NCBI GenBank assembly: GCA_964495685.1
Contig: CAZBVQ010000001.1
Span: 373,568-437,567 of the forward strand
DNA length: 64,000 bases
Source: an uncultured Candidatus Saccharibacteria bacterium
GTDB taxonomy: Bacteria; Patescibacteriota; Minisyncoccia; Phycocordibacterales; PALSA-1337
Direction: 5' to 3'
The translations under genes and the position numbers were made by a program. The notes under the pieces were generated by a model. That model was not told the origin of the DNA. It worked only from the letters and a program-made list of their open reading frames with translations, and searched no databases. Position 1 is the stretch's first letter. Every line of letters starts with the position of its first letter. Of this stretch, positions 1 through 9,639 are shown piece by piece.

Positions 1-736
1 AGCTGATTGGTATGATGATGTGGTCAATGACAGCGACTCATACCAGAAGAATGTCCTCCTGCCCAACATGCTCCGCATCGTCGATCCCAAGAAAGGGCTG
101 ACCGTGCTCGATGTCGCCTGCGGCCAAGGATATTTCTCCCGTTTTTTCGCTGGTGCTGGCGCCAAGGTCATCGCTACTGATATTTCTATCGAACTCATCG
201 AGAAGGCGCAGGCGGGTCAGATCAAGGAGTCGCCGGTCGAATATTACGTCGCTCCTGCTGACGATCTCTCCATCATCGAACCATCCTCGATCGATGTGGC
301 TACTATTGTCCTCGCACTTCAGAATATCGAAAACCTTCAAGGCACTCTCTCCGAAATTGCACGTGTCCTCAAACCGGGTGGCCGACTGGTGTTCGTGCTC
401 AATCATCCAGCATTCCGCATACCACAACGCTCCGATTGGGGATGGGATGACAAAAATGCCACGCAATATCGTCGTATCGATTCGTATATATCAGATGATC
501 GGGTGAAGATCGACATGACACCAGGCGAGAAAGATGACAAGAAAAAGAAGTTCACGGTTTCATTCCACCGACCGCTGCAAGTATATTTCAAAGCCATGAA
601 CAAAGCAGGTCTCGCGGTGACGCGTCTCGAGGAATGGGTGTCACACAAGAAAAGCCAGGAAGGTCCGCGCGCGGCAGAAGAAGATCGTATGAGGAAAGAG
701 ATTCCGTTGTTTGTGTGTGTGGAGTGTAGGAAATAA
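1..736 (+). CDS. Class I SAM-dependent methyltransferase (5'-partial; frame is open from the window edge)
   Basis: SAM-binding motif VLDVACGQGYFS followed by an acidic loop (ATDIS). The reading frame is open upstream of the first in-frame GTG/ATG, so the gene probably starts before the window. Confidence 0.6.
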   Translation, partial: ADWYDDVVNDSDSYQKNVLLPNMLRIVDPKKGLTVLDVACGQGYFSRFFAGAGAKVIATDISIELIEKAQAGQIKESPVEYYVAPADDLSIIEPSSIDVATIVLALQNIENLQGTLSEIARVLKPGGRLVFVLNHPAFRIPQRSDWGWDDKNATQYRRIDSYISDDRVKIDMTPGEKDDKKKKFTVSFHRPLQVYFKAMNKAGLAVTRLEEWVSHKKSQEGPRAAEEDRMRKEIPLFVCVECRK

Positions 737-800
737 ATCTCATAAACGAAGGCCCGCCGACAGATTGCTCTGTGGCGGGTTGAAAGGGCTACAAACAGAT

Positions 801-2024
801 TCAGAACGTGAGGTGCTCGATTTCCAAACCCTCAATTCCATGGGTGATGTGGTAGCCGTACAATGAATACGGCGTGAGACCGTAAGCAATGCCGATCACC
901 TTTGCTGATCTGACCATCACTGGGCCATTGACCGCCTTGGTAATTGTTCCTGCCAGAGAAAACTGGCGTGAACTACCTGCGGGGACGACGAAGTATTCAA
1001 CAGTGTCCCCGGTGACAACTTCTGGCGCCGTTGACACCGATGTTAGGCCGAACATGGTATCCAGATCGGTGATTGCCTGAATAAGACTCTGTCCACTCGA
1101 ACCGACGATGGGGCCATTTCTACTCAGAAACAGCGTCTCATCTGCAGCCGTCAATGTGAAATCGAGCTGTACGGGGTAGCCTACGATCACCCCATTTGAT
1201 TCGATGGGTGTACCAAGTGTTATCTGTGTATCTGATACCAGCGCGCTGGCCGAAGAGAATGTCGTCGTAGCGCTCGTATTGGTGGACGCCGTCACCGGTA
1301 GGGTGTTGTACTGGCCGTCTTCAACCGTAGGGTTAGTACCAGTGACGTTATTGGTGCCGTAACATTCCAGTGTCACAGATGCTTGGACACCATCTAAGTG
1401 TCCACCAGTATTTACAACGACTCTGCCCAACACCTTGATAGGAACCCACGTGTTAATGGGCATAATGGCTACAAGGCTGAGGAAGGTTACTGTGGCTTGG
1501 TTGGTACTATTCACCACGATCGAGTCGGCTGAGTACGTCAGGCCATTCACCCATATTTTCAGATCGCTGAACACATCAACACATGAGGCGTTGCTTGTGT
1601 TGATTGTGAGTTTGAGCGAACGCAATGCTGCGTCCGTGGTGGCCTTCACATCATACACAGCGAGTACCACGTTCTCTGTATCAACACTCTCCGACACTTG
1701 AACTATCCGGTTCAGTGGCGAAGTGTCACTTATTTTCACCGACACCTGACCCAGCGCTCCCGGAGCCAACTGAATGGTCCGGTAGTAGAGTTGAGGGCCA
1801 GTGGGGAAGTTGGTGTAGCCATACACCCCCGACGCGTTCCCGTACACAATCGCCTTGTCCGTCCAATCGTTTAGATTGGTCGAAGTCTGCAATTTATAGT
1901 TCGTGAACGGCTGGCCGTTGAACGTGACCACGTCCGCGGGAACGCGATTCAAGGTCAGTGTCTGTGCCTGGGCCGTGATGGCCACCGAAACTACCACTAA
2001 CAGGGTAGCGATCGTGCTTTTCAT
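801..2024 (-). CDS. Secreted hypothetical protein with N-terminal signal peptide
   Basis: 407-aa ORF with an MKSTIATLLVVVSVAITAQA signal-peptide-like N-terminus and a Thr/Ser/Asn/Val-rich, probably beta-rich body. No recognisable catalytic motif. Confidence 0.5.
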   Translation of the reverse strand: MKSTIATLLVVVSVAITAQAQTLTLNRVPADVVTFNGQPFTNYKLQTSTNLNDWTDKAIVYGNASGVYGYTNFPTGPQLYYRTIQLAPGALGQVSVKISDTSPLNRIVQVSESVDTENVVLAVYDVKATTDAALRSLKLTINTSNASCVDVFSDLKIWVNGLTYSADSIVVNSTNQATVTFLSLVAIMPINTWVPIKVLGRVVVNTGGHLDGVQASVTLECYGTNNVTGTNPTVEDGQYNTLPVTASTNTSATTTFSSASALVSDTQITLGTPIESNGVIVGYPVQLDFTLTAADETLFLSRNGPIVGSSGQSLIQAITDLDTMFGLTSVSTAPEVVTGDTVEYFVVPAGSSRQFSLAGTITKAVNGPVMVRSAKVIGIAYGLTPYSLYGYHITHGIEGLEIEHLTF

Positions 2025-2163
2025 ACTGATTATTCCTTTTCTTTGTTGTTTTTCCGTTTGTTTATGTGGCTTTATAGAGCCAAAGTTTCAGGTACTATTA
2101 TATCACACTATATAGTAGTGTGTCAAATAGACCCAAGGGCCACAAAACCCCCTTGTTGAGCAC

Positions 2164-3330
2164 TTATTTCGTATCCCTGATCATTATCGCCGGTATGATA
2201 CCGACCAGTGAGATCATGCCTACCAATACGAACAAATATTCGTGAGTCATGAAGAGGAGTCCGAATCCAGTTATGATCGGTGCAATGAAATTTGAAACAG
2301 GACGAGTGATACGGAAGAGACCGAGGACGGCGCTGTCGCGAGGAGATACCGTTTTGAAGAAATAAGTCTCCATCATGATCTCCGCAGCTGCAGCGCCGAC
2401 ACGTGTCATGAAGAGGGCAATCGCCCAGATGGCCACATTGTGTGAAGTCAGGAATGAAAGTGCGATGGTGGCGACTCCGACGATTGCGAATCCGATAGCC
2501 ATGATTTCTTTCTCGCCATAACGCTGGTCAGCAAGTTTGCCCAGAGGGTATTGGACCACCACGAATGGTATGAGCATCACCGTCAGGATAATAGCAATCT
2601 GATCCCAACTGAATCCCATCGTCTTATTCAAGTAAATCGGACTATAGATCACCATCCAGGCATAGAATGTTTGCAGAATGATGTTGCCGAAAAAGAGCCA
2701 CGACCAATTCCTGTTCGATGAGACATGTTTGATGAGTTGCCAAGGAGATAGATGAATATAGTTGGGATCTTTGAATCGAGGGAAATTCTTGTGAATGAGA
2801 TAGAGGAGCGGGAAGAGCATGGCCAGGCCGGCGATGTAGGTGTTGCGATAGTTATTCATGCCATTGATGAGCATGCTGCCGATCATTGGACCGATCAGCC
2901 AGGAAGCATTGAGTGTCGTGGTGTAGAAGCCACGAATGGTCCCCGTGTGTTGTCCATCAGTGTATTTTTCGAGGAATATGTCGAGCGTGAGACCGATCAG
3001 TGAGACGATGGCAGATTGCAAAATGAAAAATACAGCAATCCATGTCGGCGACGTGGCCGTAACAAGACCATAGAACAGAATAATCTGGATACATACGAGA
3101 CCTATCGAGACTGCATAGTTGCCGAAGCGACGAATGATGGGAGATGCGAGCAGGAAGCCCAGGATGGAAACGGCCGCGCCGATCATATAAATAATACCGA
3201 CGGTACGTTCGTCTGCGTAGAGTGACAGGAAGCTGGAGTTCGAGTACATCGGCAGCACCATGTGCAGTGTGTAGATGAAGCCGATGACTGCGATGGTGTA
3301 GATGACGTGAGAACGGGGGATGGAGTTCAT
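2164..3330 (-). CDS. MFS-type transporter (multi-pass membrane protein)
   Basis: 388 aa with about 10-12 predicted hydrophobic helices and an MFS-like architecture. Confidence 0.55.
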   Translation of the reverse strand: MNSIPRSHVIYTIAVIGFIYTLHMVLPMYSNSSFLSLYADERTVGIIYMIGAAVSILGFLLASPIIRRFGNYAVSIGLVCIQIILFYGLVTATSPTWIAVFFILQSAIVSLIGLTLDIFLEKYTDGQHTGTIRGFYTTTLNASWLIGPMIGSMLINGMNNYRNTYIAGLAMLFPLLYLIHKNFPRFKDPNYIHLSPWQLIKHVSSNRNWSWLFFGNIILQTFYAWMVIYSPIYLNKTMGFSWDQIAIILTVMLIPFVVVQYPLGKLADQRYGEKEIMAIGFAIVGVATIALSFLTSHNVAIWAIALFMTRVGAAAAEIMMETYFFKTVSPRDSAVLGLFRITRPVSNFIAPIITGFGLLFMTHEYLFVLVGMISLVGIIPAIMIRDTK

Positions 3331-3413
3331 GGAGTTGGATATTATTATAGCAGGAATGGTTGGAATAGTATCGATACTTGCCTCACACTCGGTTTAATGC
3401 TAAAGTATCGCCT

Positions 3414-3674
3414 ATGAAAAAAGACATCCACCCAGCCAACTATCGTCCTGTAATCTTCGCTGACAACTCAAGCGGAGCCAAATTCCTCGTATCTTCTGCT
3501 ATCGCCACCAAGGAGACCGCCACGTGGACCGACGGTAAGGAATATCCAGTACACTACGTCGAAATTTCAAGTGCTTCTCATCCGTTCTACACCAACCAAG
3601 AGAAGACCATCGACACTGCTGGTCGCGTCGAGAAGTTCAAGAATCGTCAGGCCAAGGCAAAGACAAAGAAATAG
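3414..3674 (+). CDS. rpmE: 50S ribosomal protein L31 (type B, lacks the Zn-binding cysteines)
   Basis: MKKDIHPANYRPVIF...HPFYTNQ...GRVEKF matches L31. No CxxC pairs are present, which indicates the type-B form. The internal Met at 3414 was chosen as the start. Confidence 0.8.
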   Translation: MKKDIHPANYRPVIFADNSSGAKFLVSSAIATKETATWTDGKEYPVHYVEISSASHPFYTNQEKTIDTAGRVEKFKNRQAKAKTKK

Positions 3675-3791
3675 CGCACTACGAATCCACGAATACGCAC
3701 GAATGCCACGAATGACGAATTCAGGCCGTGCGTTTGTTCGTATATTTGCGACATTCGCATAGATTCGTCAATTCGTATTATAATCTCAGAT

Positions 3792-4769
3792 ATGGACCTC
3801 AACCCCTACAAATCCAATCCCAAAACCTCATTCATGGCAGGAATGTATGAGAAGCTCCTCAAGGACGAAGCTGAAGTGCGCGGTCTCATCGAAGCTGATC
3901 CTGGCATGAAAGAGATGGCCGAGCATGAGCTCGCGTCACTCATCGAACAGAAGAAGTCGCTGGAAACAGAGATGGCGGCTATTGTCGCTGCTGATGTAGT
4001 CGAAGAAGAGAAACCCAAAGAAATGATTCTCGAAGTTCGTGCCGGTGCGGGTGGTGACGAGGCAGCACTCTTCGCAGCTGAGCTTATGGATATGTACAAG
4101 CGCTATGGCGAGAGCAAAGGGTGGACGATGAAAATCATCGATGAATCAAAAAATGACCTGGGTGGATACAAAGAGGCGTCACTTGAATTCAAAGGTAAAG
4201 ATGCATTCGAGACTCTGCGCTGGGAGACAGGTGTGCATCGCGTGCAACGCGTCCCTGAGACCGAGAAGATGGGTCGTGTCCATACCTCGACCGTGACCGT
4301 TGCTATCATGCCCATCCGCAAGAAATCCAAATTCGTCATCAATCCTGCCGATTTGGAAATGGAATTTTCGCGTGCTGGTGGTAAGGGTGGCCAGAACGTC
4401 AACAAAGTCGAATCTGCTGTCCGCTTGATCCATAAGCCGACAGGTATCGACGTGCGTTCGACTGCTGAGCGTTCACAAGGTGCCAACAAGGAATTGGCTC
4501 TCCAGATTCTCACCGCCAAACTCGAAGCTCTCGAGGAGGAAAAAGCTGCTCAGAAGTTTGCTGCTGAACGCAAGGGTCAGATCGGTACGGGTAGTCGCTC
4601 AGAGAAGATTCGCACGTACAATTTCCCACAGGACCGTGTGACCGATCATCGTATCAAGGAGTCATGGCACAACCTGCCAGCAATTCTCGCTGGTAAGTTT
4701 GACCCGATTACTGAGGCGCTCAAGGAGTTTGAGAAGACGGGGAAAACGGGGAGTTCGGATGAAGAGTAA
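3792..4769 (+). CDS. prfA: Peptide chain release factor 1
   Basis: GGQ motif ([17 protein letters not shown]). RF1-type tripeptide region [17 protein letters not shown] (PxT-like, not SPF). [11 protein letters not shown] tail. Confidence 0.85.
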   Translation: MDLNPYKSNPKTSFMAGMYEKLLKDEAEVRGLIEADPGMKEMAEHELASLIEQKKSLETEMAAIVAADVVEEEKPKEMILEVRAGAGGDEAALFAAELMDMYKRYGESKGWTMKIIDESKNDLGGYKEASLEFKGKDAFETLRWETGVHRVQRVPETEKMGRVHTSTVTVAIMPIRKKSKFVINPADLEMEFSRAGGKGGQNVNKVESAVRLIHKPTGIDVRSTAERSQGANKELALQILTAKLEALEEEKAAQKFAAERKGQIGTGSRSEKIRTYNFPQDRVTDHRIKESWHNLPAILAGKFDPITEALKEFEKTGKTGSSDEE

Positions 4770-4834
4770 TATCGAAATACACAAGGAGTCTGGGATTTCT
4801 GTACCTCGTGTCCACTTTATGGGGTACAGATCAT

Positions 4835-4909
4835 TGGTGCCCTCGGTAGGAATCGAACCTACATCTATTCCTTAGGACGGAACTGTTCTATCCATTGAAC
4901 TACGAGGGC
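4835..4909 (-). tRNA. tRNA-Arg (anticodon CCU)
   Basis: Manual cloverleaf on the minus strand: acceptor GCCCTCG/CGAGGGC, D-arm GTTC-AATGGATA-GAAC, anticodon loop GTCCTAA (anticodon CCT), T-arm GTAGG-TTCGATT-CCTAC, CCA encoded. Confidence 0.8.
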
Positions 4910-4986
4910 AGGGGTGACTATAATAGCTGAACGAGAAAACTATAGCATATTTTGCGAACAATGATATTTTCTGTTATAGTGTTTTT

Positions 4987-5274
4987 ATGACTGATGAAGA
5001 GCGCTCCTTACTCGAGAGAACGTACAAGCTCGCCGAGGAGAACAATGGGATACTGCGTGCGATGCGCCGAGCCAATAGGTTTTCGACGGTTATGCGTGTA
5101 CTCTATTGGGCAGCTATCATTGGTCTCAGTTTCGGTGCCTATTATCTCATCCAACCGTATCTCAATGCGACCATGGATGCATATAGCAAACTCTCAGGAA
5201 GTATTCAGGGAGTCGAGAACAATATAAATAGTGCGCAAAATACGCTGGATACGTTGAAAGGGTATCTCAAATAA
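4987..5274 (+). CDS. Small membrane protein (hypothetical)
   Basis: 95-aa ORF with one hydrophobic helix (VLYWAAIIGLSFGAYYLI), lying between two tRNA genes. Confidence 0.35.
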   Translation: MTDEERSLLERTYKLAEENNGILRAMRRANRFSTVMRVLYWAAIIGLSFGAYYLIQPYLNATMDAYSKLSGSIQGVENNINSAQNTLDTLKGYLK

Positions 5275-5280
5275 CCTCAT

Positions 5281-5353
5281 GCCGAGGTAGCTCAGTTGGT
5301 AGAGCATTCCCCTGAAGAGGGAAGGGTCACCAGTTCGATCCTGGTCCTCGGCA
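5281..5353 (+). tRNA. tRNA-Phe (anticodon GAA)
   Basis: Manual cloverleaf: acceptor GCCGAGG/CCTCGGC, D-arm GCTC-AGTTGGTA-GAGC, anticodon stem TTCCC/GGGAA with loop CTGAAGA (anticodon GAA), T-arm ACCAG-TTCGATC-CTGGT, discriminator A. No encoded CCA. A long imperfect hairpin follows at 5355-5400. Confidence 0.85.
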
Positions 5354-5486
5354 CTACTTCGCAACCCCGCCCAAAAGGCGGGGTTGCTTCGTAGTGCGGG
5401 CACGGTAAGGTTCTAGGTCATATTTCATCCACAGGAGGCCTTGTCGAATAAGGCGATTTTGTTATGCTTACCGCTGGGTTCAGTAT

Positions 5487-6017
5487 ATGCAAAAGCCAAT
5501 CCTGGGTGCACTAATCGCACTCTTCGTTGCGGCGAACGCATCGCCGCGGGACATGACTCCAGGGGAGTCAGATAAGGGTCGGCCACCGACGCATGTGCAG
5601 TTGACCGACGAACAGTTGATGTACCTCAACAACTATTGTGGTAAACGTAGCTGGGCCATTTTTCTCTGCCGTGTACTTGGTTATTTTCACGGCAGGCATA
5701 ATGCCGACATCACGCTCGAGGATTTGCGTCCTCGTGCCGCGAAACACTGCGGACTACCTTCAGATGCGGTCTGGGAATCATTTCTTGGGGTCAAGAAATA
5801 CCAGAAGTATCTGACCGAAGTAAATCGCAAGAAAATCTCCAAGGTGCTCTTCGGGCATGAAGATGCCACCTGGGTGCAGCTGCTCAACAGGATTGAGTGG
5901 CTCCGCATCAAACGTGAACAGAACGAGATCTCGATGAGAGTGCAGGGCGACCAGGGAGGTCGCCTTTTTTGTTCTAGGCCCGGCCTAGAAATTCGGTTAT
6001 ACTACCGACATGAATAG
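5487..6017 (+). CDS. Hypothetical secreted protein
   Basis: Signal-peptide-like N-terminus (MQKPILGALIALFVAANA). The 3' end of the ORF runs through a terminator hairpin and the palindrome at 5972-5990, so the true C-terminus is uncertain. Confidence 0.35.
   Translation: MQKPILGALIALFVAANASPRDMTPGESDKGRPPTHVQLTDEQLMYLNNYCGKRSWAIFLCRVLGYFHGRHNADITLEDLRPRAAKHCGLPSDAVWESFLGVKKYQKYLTEVNRKKISKVLFGHEDATWVQLLNRIEWLRIKREQNEISMRVQGDQGGRLFCSRPGLEIRLYYRHE
5946..5970 (+). terminator. Rho-independent terminator (GGCGACC-AGGG-AGGTCGCC followed by T6)
   Basis: Perfect 7-bp GC-rich stem followed by TTTTTT, seen directly in the sequence. Confidence 0.55.
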
Positions 6018-7812
6018 AACCGTCGTCGAACAGATCAAGGAGCGCCTGCCGGTCAATGAGGTTATTGGTCAGTATTTGAAATTGGAAAAGTCAGGTAATG
6101 CCTACAAGGCCAAGTGCCCATTTCACAATGAGAAGTCACCCTCATTCTTCGTCTCACCAGATCGTGGGGGTTACTACTGTTTTGGCTGTAATGCCAAAGG
6201 AGACATTTTTACATTTGTGGAACAATTCGAAGGACTCGATTTCCGCGGCGCGCTCAAAGTCCTCGCCGAACGTGCGGGAGTGCAGCTCACCTTCGACAAG
6301 AAAGCAGATGGGGAACGAGATCGTTTGTTCGATATCATGGAGGCCGCTGCGTCCTATTTTGAAGCAGAATACATTCGAGCCAAAGACGTTCAAGACTATG
6401 TGAAGAAACGCGGTATCACCGACACAACTCGCGAAGAGTTCCGTATCGGCTGGGCGCCAGAGGGGTGGCAGTCGCTCATCGATCATCTTCGAGTCAAGAA
6501 GTTTTCTGATTCACTTATAGAGAAAGCGGGACTCGGCAAGAAGACTGACGAAGGTAAATTCTACGATCGTTTCCGTGGTCGTGTGATGTTTCCCATTTTT
6601 GACTCAAGTGGTCGGGTGATCGCTTTTTCGGGACGTATTCTCAAAGATGATGGCAAGTCTGCGAAATATTTGAATAGTCCAGATACACCACTCTATGACA
6701 AATCAATGGTGCTCTACGGTCTCGACAAGGCCAAGAGTGACATTCGTCGCATGAATTACACTATCATGGTCGAAGGACAGATGGACCTCGTCATGTCTCA
6801 TCAGGCAGGGATAAAAAATACAGTTGCATCTTCAGGTACGGCCCTTACCGATGAATCGTTTAGTGAATCTGGCGCAGTGAGTAATCTCGGGCTTGTCCGT
6901 CGCTTGTCGCCAAATGTTATTATCGCCTTCGATTCTGACAGTGCGGGAAGAAAGGCGGCCATGCGTGCCGCGGGCATTGCACTTTCTATGGGTATGGATG
7001 TGAAGATTGCGGACTTGGTCGGCGGCAAAGATCCGGCCGATCTTGTTCTCCACAATCCTGAAGACTGGAAGAACGCACTCCGCTCTGCCAAGCCCATCAT
7101 CGAATTCGAACTTGGCAATGTGATGCGTGATGTGCCAGATAGCAGGAAAGTGGGACGCGCTCTGCGTGAACGAGTTTTCCCATTCCTGGCACGTATCGAG
7201 AGTAGGATGGATCAGGCACATTTCGTGAAGATGATTTCGGACAAGACGAATATTCCAGAAACGGCGGTGTGGGATGATTTGAAGAACGTGAAGGTCGAAC
7301 AAGCGAAGGGGGGCAGCGCGTCTGAGGGACGTTTCGGAGGCCACGAAGGTGGCCGAGAACCAGCTGCGCCGTCAGCAGACGGCGACAGCGTGTCCCGAAG
7401 ACGCGGTGCCCCCGGAGCGGGCCTCGACCTCATCGAGCGTCGCCTCTTCGGTCTTCTTTCGCTCATTGAGAAAACTGAACCCAAAAAGGGTGCTGAGTAT
7501 CGTGCCGCTATCAAGAAAATCGCAGACGCTTCATACGATATGCGCTGGGCCCGTATCGAACCAATGCTCGGTGATGTCGCCTTCGAAGCAGAGGCATTCT
7601 TCGGCAGCGCTCTTGCGGAATGGGATCGTCACATGAAAGAACTCATCGCCAATTTCGAGCAAAATATGGTCAATGAGGAACTTCTCGCTACTATGAATGA
7701 GCTCCGTCAGGCAGAAAAGATCGGAGATACCGCCAAGGTCGCTGAGCTCGCCAAGAAATGTCAGGTCCTGAGTATCAGGAAAGGGGAGATCGGGAAAAGG
7801 ATGAGGGATTAA
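6010..7812 (+). CDS. dnaG: DNA primase
   Basis: CHC2 zinc finger (CPFHNEKSPSFFVSPDRGGYYCFGC), Toprim region (MVEGQMDLV ... DSDSAGRKAA), C-terminal helper domain. TATACT -10 element 8 nt upstream of the ATG. Confidence 0.9.
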   Translation: MNRTVVEQIKERLPVNEVIGQYLKLEKSGNAYKAKCPFHNEKSPSFFVSPDRGGYYCFGCNAKGDIFTFVEQFEGLDFRGALKVLAERAGVQLTFDKKADGERDRLFDIMEAAASYFEAEYIRAKDVQDYVKKRGITDTTREEFRIGWAPEGWQSLIDHLRVKKFSDSLIEKAGLGKKTDEGKFYDRFRGRVMFPIFDSSGRVIAFSGRILKDDGKSAKYLNSPDTPLYDKSMVLYGLDKAKSDIRRMNYTIMVEGQMDLVMSHQAGIKNTVASSGTALTDESFSESGAVSNLGLVRRLSPNVIIAFDSDSAGRKAAMRAAGIALSMGMDVKIADLVGGKDPADLVLHNPEDWKNALRSAKPIIEFELGNVMRDVPDSRKVGRALRERVFPFLARIESRMDQAHFVKMISDKTNIPETAVWDDLKNVKVEQAKGGSASEGRFGGHEGGREPAAPSADGDSVSRRRGAPGAGLDLIERRLFGLLSLIEKTEPKKGAEYRAAIKKIADASYDMRWARIEPMLGDVAFEAEAFFGSALAEWDRHMKELIANFEQNMVNEELLATMNELRQAEKIGDTAKVAELAKKCQVLSIRKGEIGKRMRD

Positions 7813-7842
7813 AAAACGAAGGGCTTCAGGGAGCCCTTCGTC
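7813..7842 (+). terminator. Terminator hairpin after dnaG (CGAAGGGCT-TCAGGG-AGCCCTTCG)
   Basis: 9-bp perfect stem immediately after the dnaG stop codon. dnaG and rpoD are therefore separated by a terminator and about 480 bp. Confidence 0.5.
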
Positions 7843-8292
7843 AAGGTGCGCTACTGTCTAGATGGAGAATGTTCCACTTGTGAAGATTGGAATGACTGTG
7901 GTTGTTCTCAGATCGTTTCTAAGTACCCTGACTTTCTTCAGAAGGTCGAGGATGATCCCGAATTGATTGCTCCTACGGCCTGGTACCAAGATCTCCAAAT
8001 ACTGACAAGCTTCCCCTTTCATATTCCAAATTCGGTTCACAACTGCTACTGATGTTCGCTGAGTCAACACCTTATCTGTGAGACCGGCCGCGGGAATAAG
8101 TTCTCGCAACTCTTGAACAATAGCATCTTCGGTGCAGCTATTGAATCCATGAAATCTGATAATGATCATAGTCGGTTCTTTCGTTGGTTTACCATTTTGA
8201 TACCACGCCACACATATAACGTCAATACTACTTGCGCTACCTACGAATACCATTTATAATCATGGTCTATTAAATAACCCCCTTCTTCCTTC

Positions 8293-9540
8293 ATGAAGAA
8301 ACAACATAAGCGTCCGCGTGCCGGCGGATCGAAGGCTCGAAAGAGCGTTCAGCGTCCGGTCAAGCGTTCAGCTGGCAGATCAAAGCCGGCTCTACGAAAA
8401 GCTGGTGTACCAAAATCACATGGTAAGGGCAAGCCCATGTCCAAGGCCGACAAAGCCAAGGATTTCGAGACGCGCGCAAACAAACTGATCGCCAAAGGTC
8501 GCGATCGTGGTTTCATTACGTATGATGAGATCATGAAGGAGTTTCCTCAGATCGAGAACGATATTATGTTTCTCGATGAGTTGTATACCAAATTCGGCGC
8601 AGCCAATGTCGACGTGCTCGAAGGTGGTGGATTGCTCGAGATCGAAGATCTCGCTCCCAAGAAGCCGCAACAGCAACACTATTCTCGTACGAGCTCATCT
8701 GATTCTGCCTATGACTCTATCCAGATGTACCTCAAAGAGATCGGGCAATACCCACTCATCACTGCTTCAGATGAGAAAGATCTCGCCAAGCGTATTCAGG
8801 CAGGTGACACTGAAGCAAAGAACCTGCTCGCAAAAGCAAACCTTCGCCTCGTCGTCTCTATTGCCAAGAAATATGTTGGCCGAAGTCCAGACCTCACGTT
8901 GCTCGATCTTATCCAAGAAGGTAACCTTGGTCTCTTCCGTGCCGTCGATAAGTTCGACTGGACCAAGGGATACAAATTCTCGACATATGCTACTTGGTGG
9001 ATTCGCCAAGCTATCACTCGCGCACTCGCTGATCAGTCACGCACTATCCGTGTGCCGGTACACATGGTGGAGACTATCGCCAAGTACAAGCAGGTAGTCC
9101 GTCGCCTCTCTCACGATCTCGGTCGCGAACCACTCCCCGATGAGATTGCCACTGAGATGGGTATGGATGTCGACAAGATCTACCAGATCGAGAAGATCGA
9201 ACAGGATGTCGTGTCACTCGAGCAGCCTGTCGGTGATGATAGCGATGATGGCAAGTCGACGTTGCAAGACTTCATTCCTGACGACAAGATCCTGTCTCCG
9301 GCTGATGAGTCATCTCGTCGTATTCTCCGTGACCAGGTCACGACTATCTTGAATGATCTCTCGGAAAAGGAACGCAAGATTCTTGAGATGCGTCATGGAC
9401 TCAATGATGGCATCACGCACACCCTCGAAGAAGTGGGTAAAGAGTTCGGAGTCACCCGTGAACGTATTCGTCAGATTGAGGCCAAGGCACATGAGAAGAT
9501 CAGACAACATGAGAAGATAAATAGGCTCAAGAATTACTAA
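8293..9540 (+). CDS. rpoD: RNA polymerase sigma factor RpoD (sigma-70)
   Basis: Region 2 ([40 protein letters not shown]), region 3 and a region 4 HTH ([23 protein letters not shown]). Lys/Arg-rich N-terminus. A TATAAT box sits about 30 nt upstream. Terminator CGCCTCTCCAGGCG plus T7 at 9563-9590. Confidence 0.9.
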   Translation: MKKQHKRPRAGGSKARKSVQRPVKRSAGRSKPALRKAGVPKSHGKGKPMSKADKAKDFETRANKLIAKGRDRGFITYDEIMKEFPQIENDIMFLDELYTKFGAANVDVLEGGGLLEIEDLAPKKPQQQHYSRTSSSDSAYDSIQMYLKEIGQYPLITASDEKDLAKRIQAGDTEAKNLLAKANLRLVVSIAKKYVGRSPDLTLLDLIQEGNLGLFRAVDKFDWTKGYKFSTYATWWIRQAITRALADQSRTIRVPVHMVETIAKYKQVVRRLSHDLGREPLPDEIATEMGMDVDKIYQIEKIEQDVVSLEQPVGDDSDDGKSTLQDFIPDDKILSPADESSRRILRDQVTTILNDLSEKERKILEMRHGLNDGITHTLEEVGKEFGVTRERIRQIEAKAHEKIRQHEKINRLKNY

Positions 9541-9639
9541 CTAAAGCCCCAATAGAAGAAATCGCCTCTCCAGGCGGTTTTTTCTTGCCAAAATTAGCTT
9601 ATCGTGCTATATTTTTGCGCGTACCTGCGTCAGTGAGAC

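Noticed and set aside
38-648. Antisense and alternative-frame ORFs (38-466 minus, 111-506 plus, 403-648 minus). Similar shadow ORFs occur throughout, e.g. 4103-4519, 6801-7344, 12375-12891, 26291-27279 and 60046-60450.
   Set aside because: They overlap strongly supported genes on the other strand or frame and have low-complexity, Arg/Ser-rich translations typical of non-coding frames. None has a recognisable motif.
5355-5400. Long imperfect hairpin after tRNA-Phe as a Rho-independent terminator.
   Set aside because: 20-bp arms with an internal 4x4 mismatch and no downstream T-run. More likely a tRNA 3'-trailer processing structure than a canonical terminator. Not listed as a feature.
7846-8253. 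Cys-rich GTG-start ORF (7846-8052 plus) and 131-aa antisense ORF (7858-8253 minus) in the dnaG-rpoD spacer.
   Set aside because: The plus ORF would have to start inside the dnaG terminator hairpin with GTG. The minus ORF has no start context or motif. Neither is supportable, so the spacer is left unannotated apart from the terminator.
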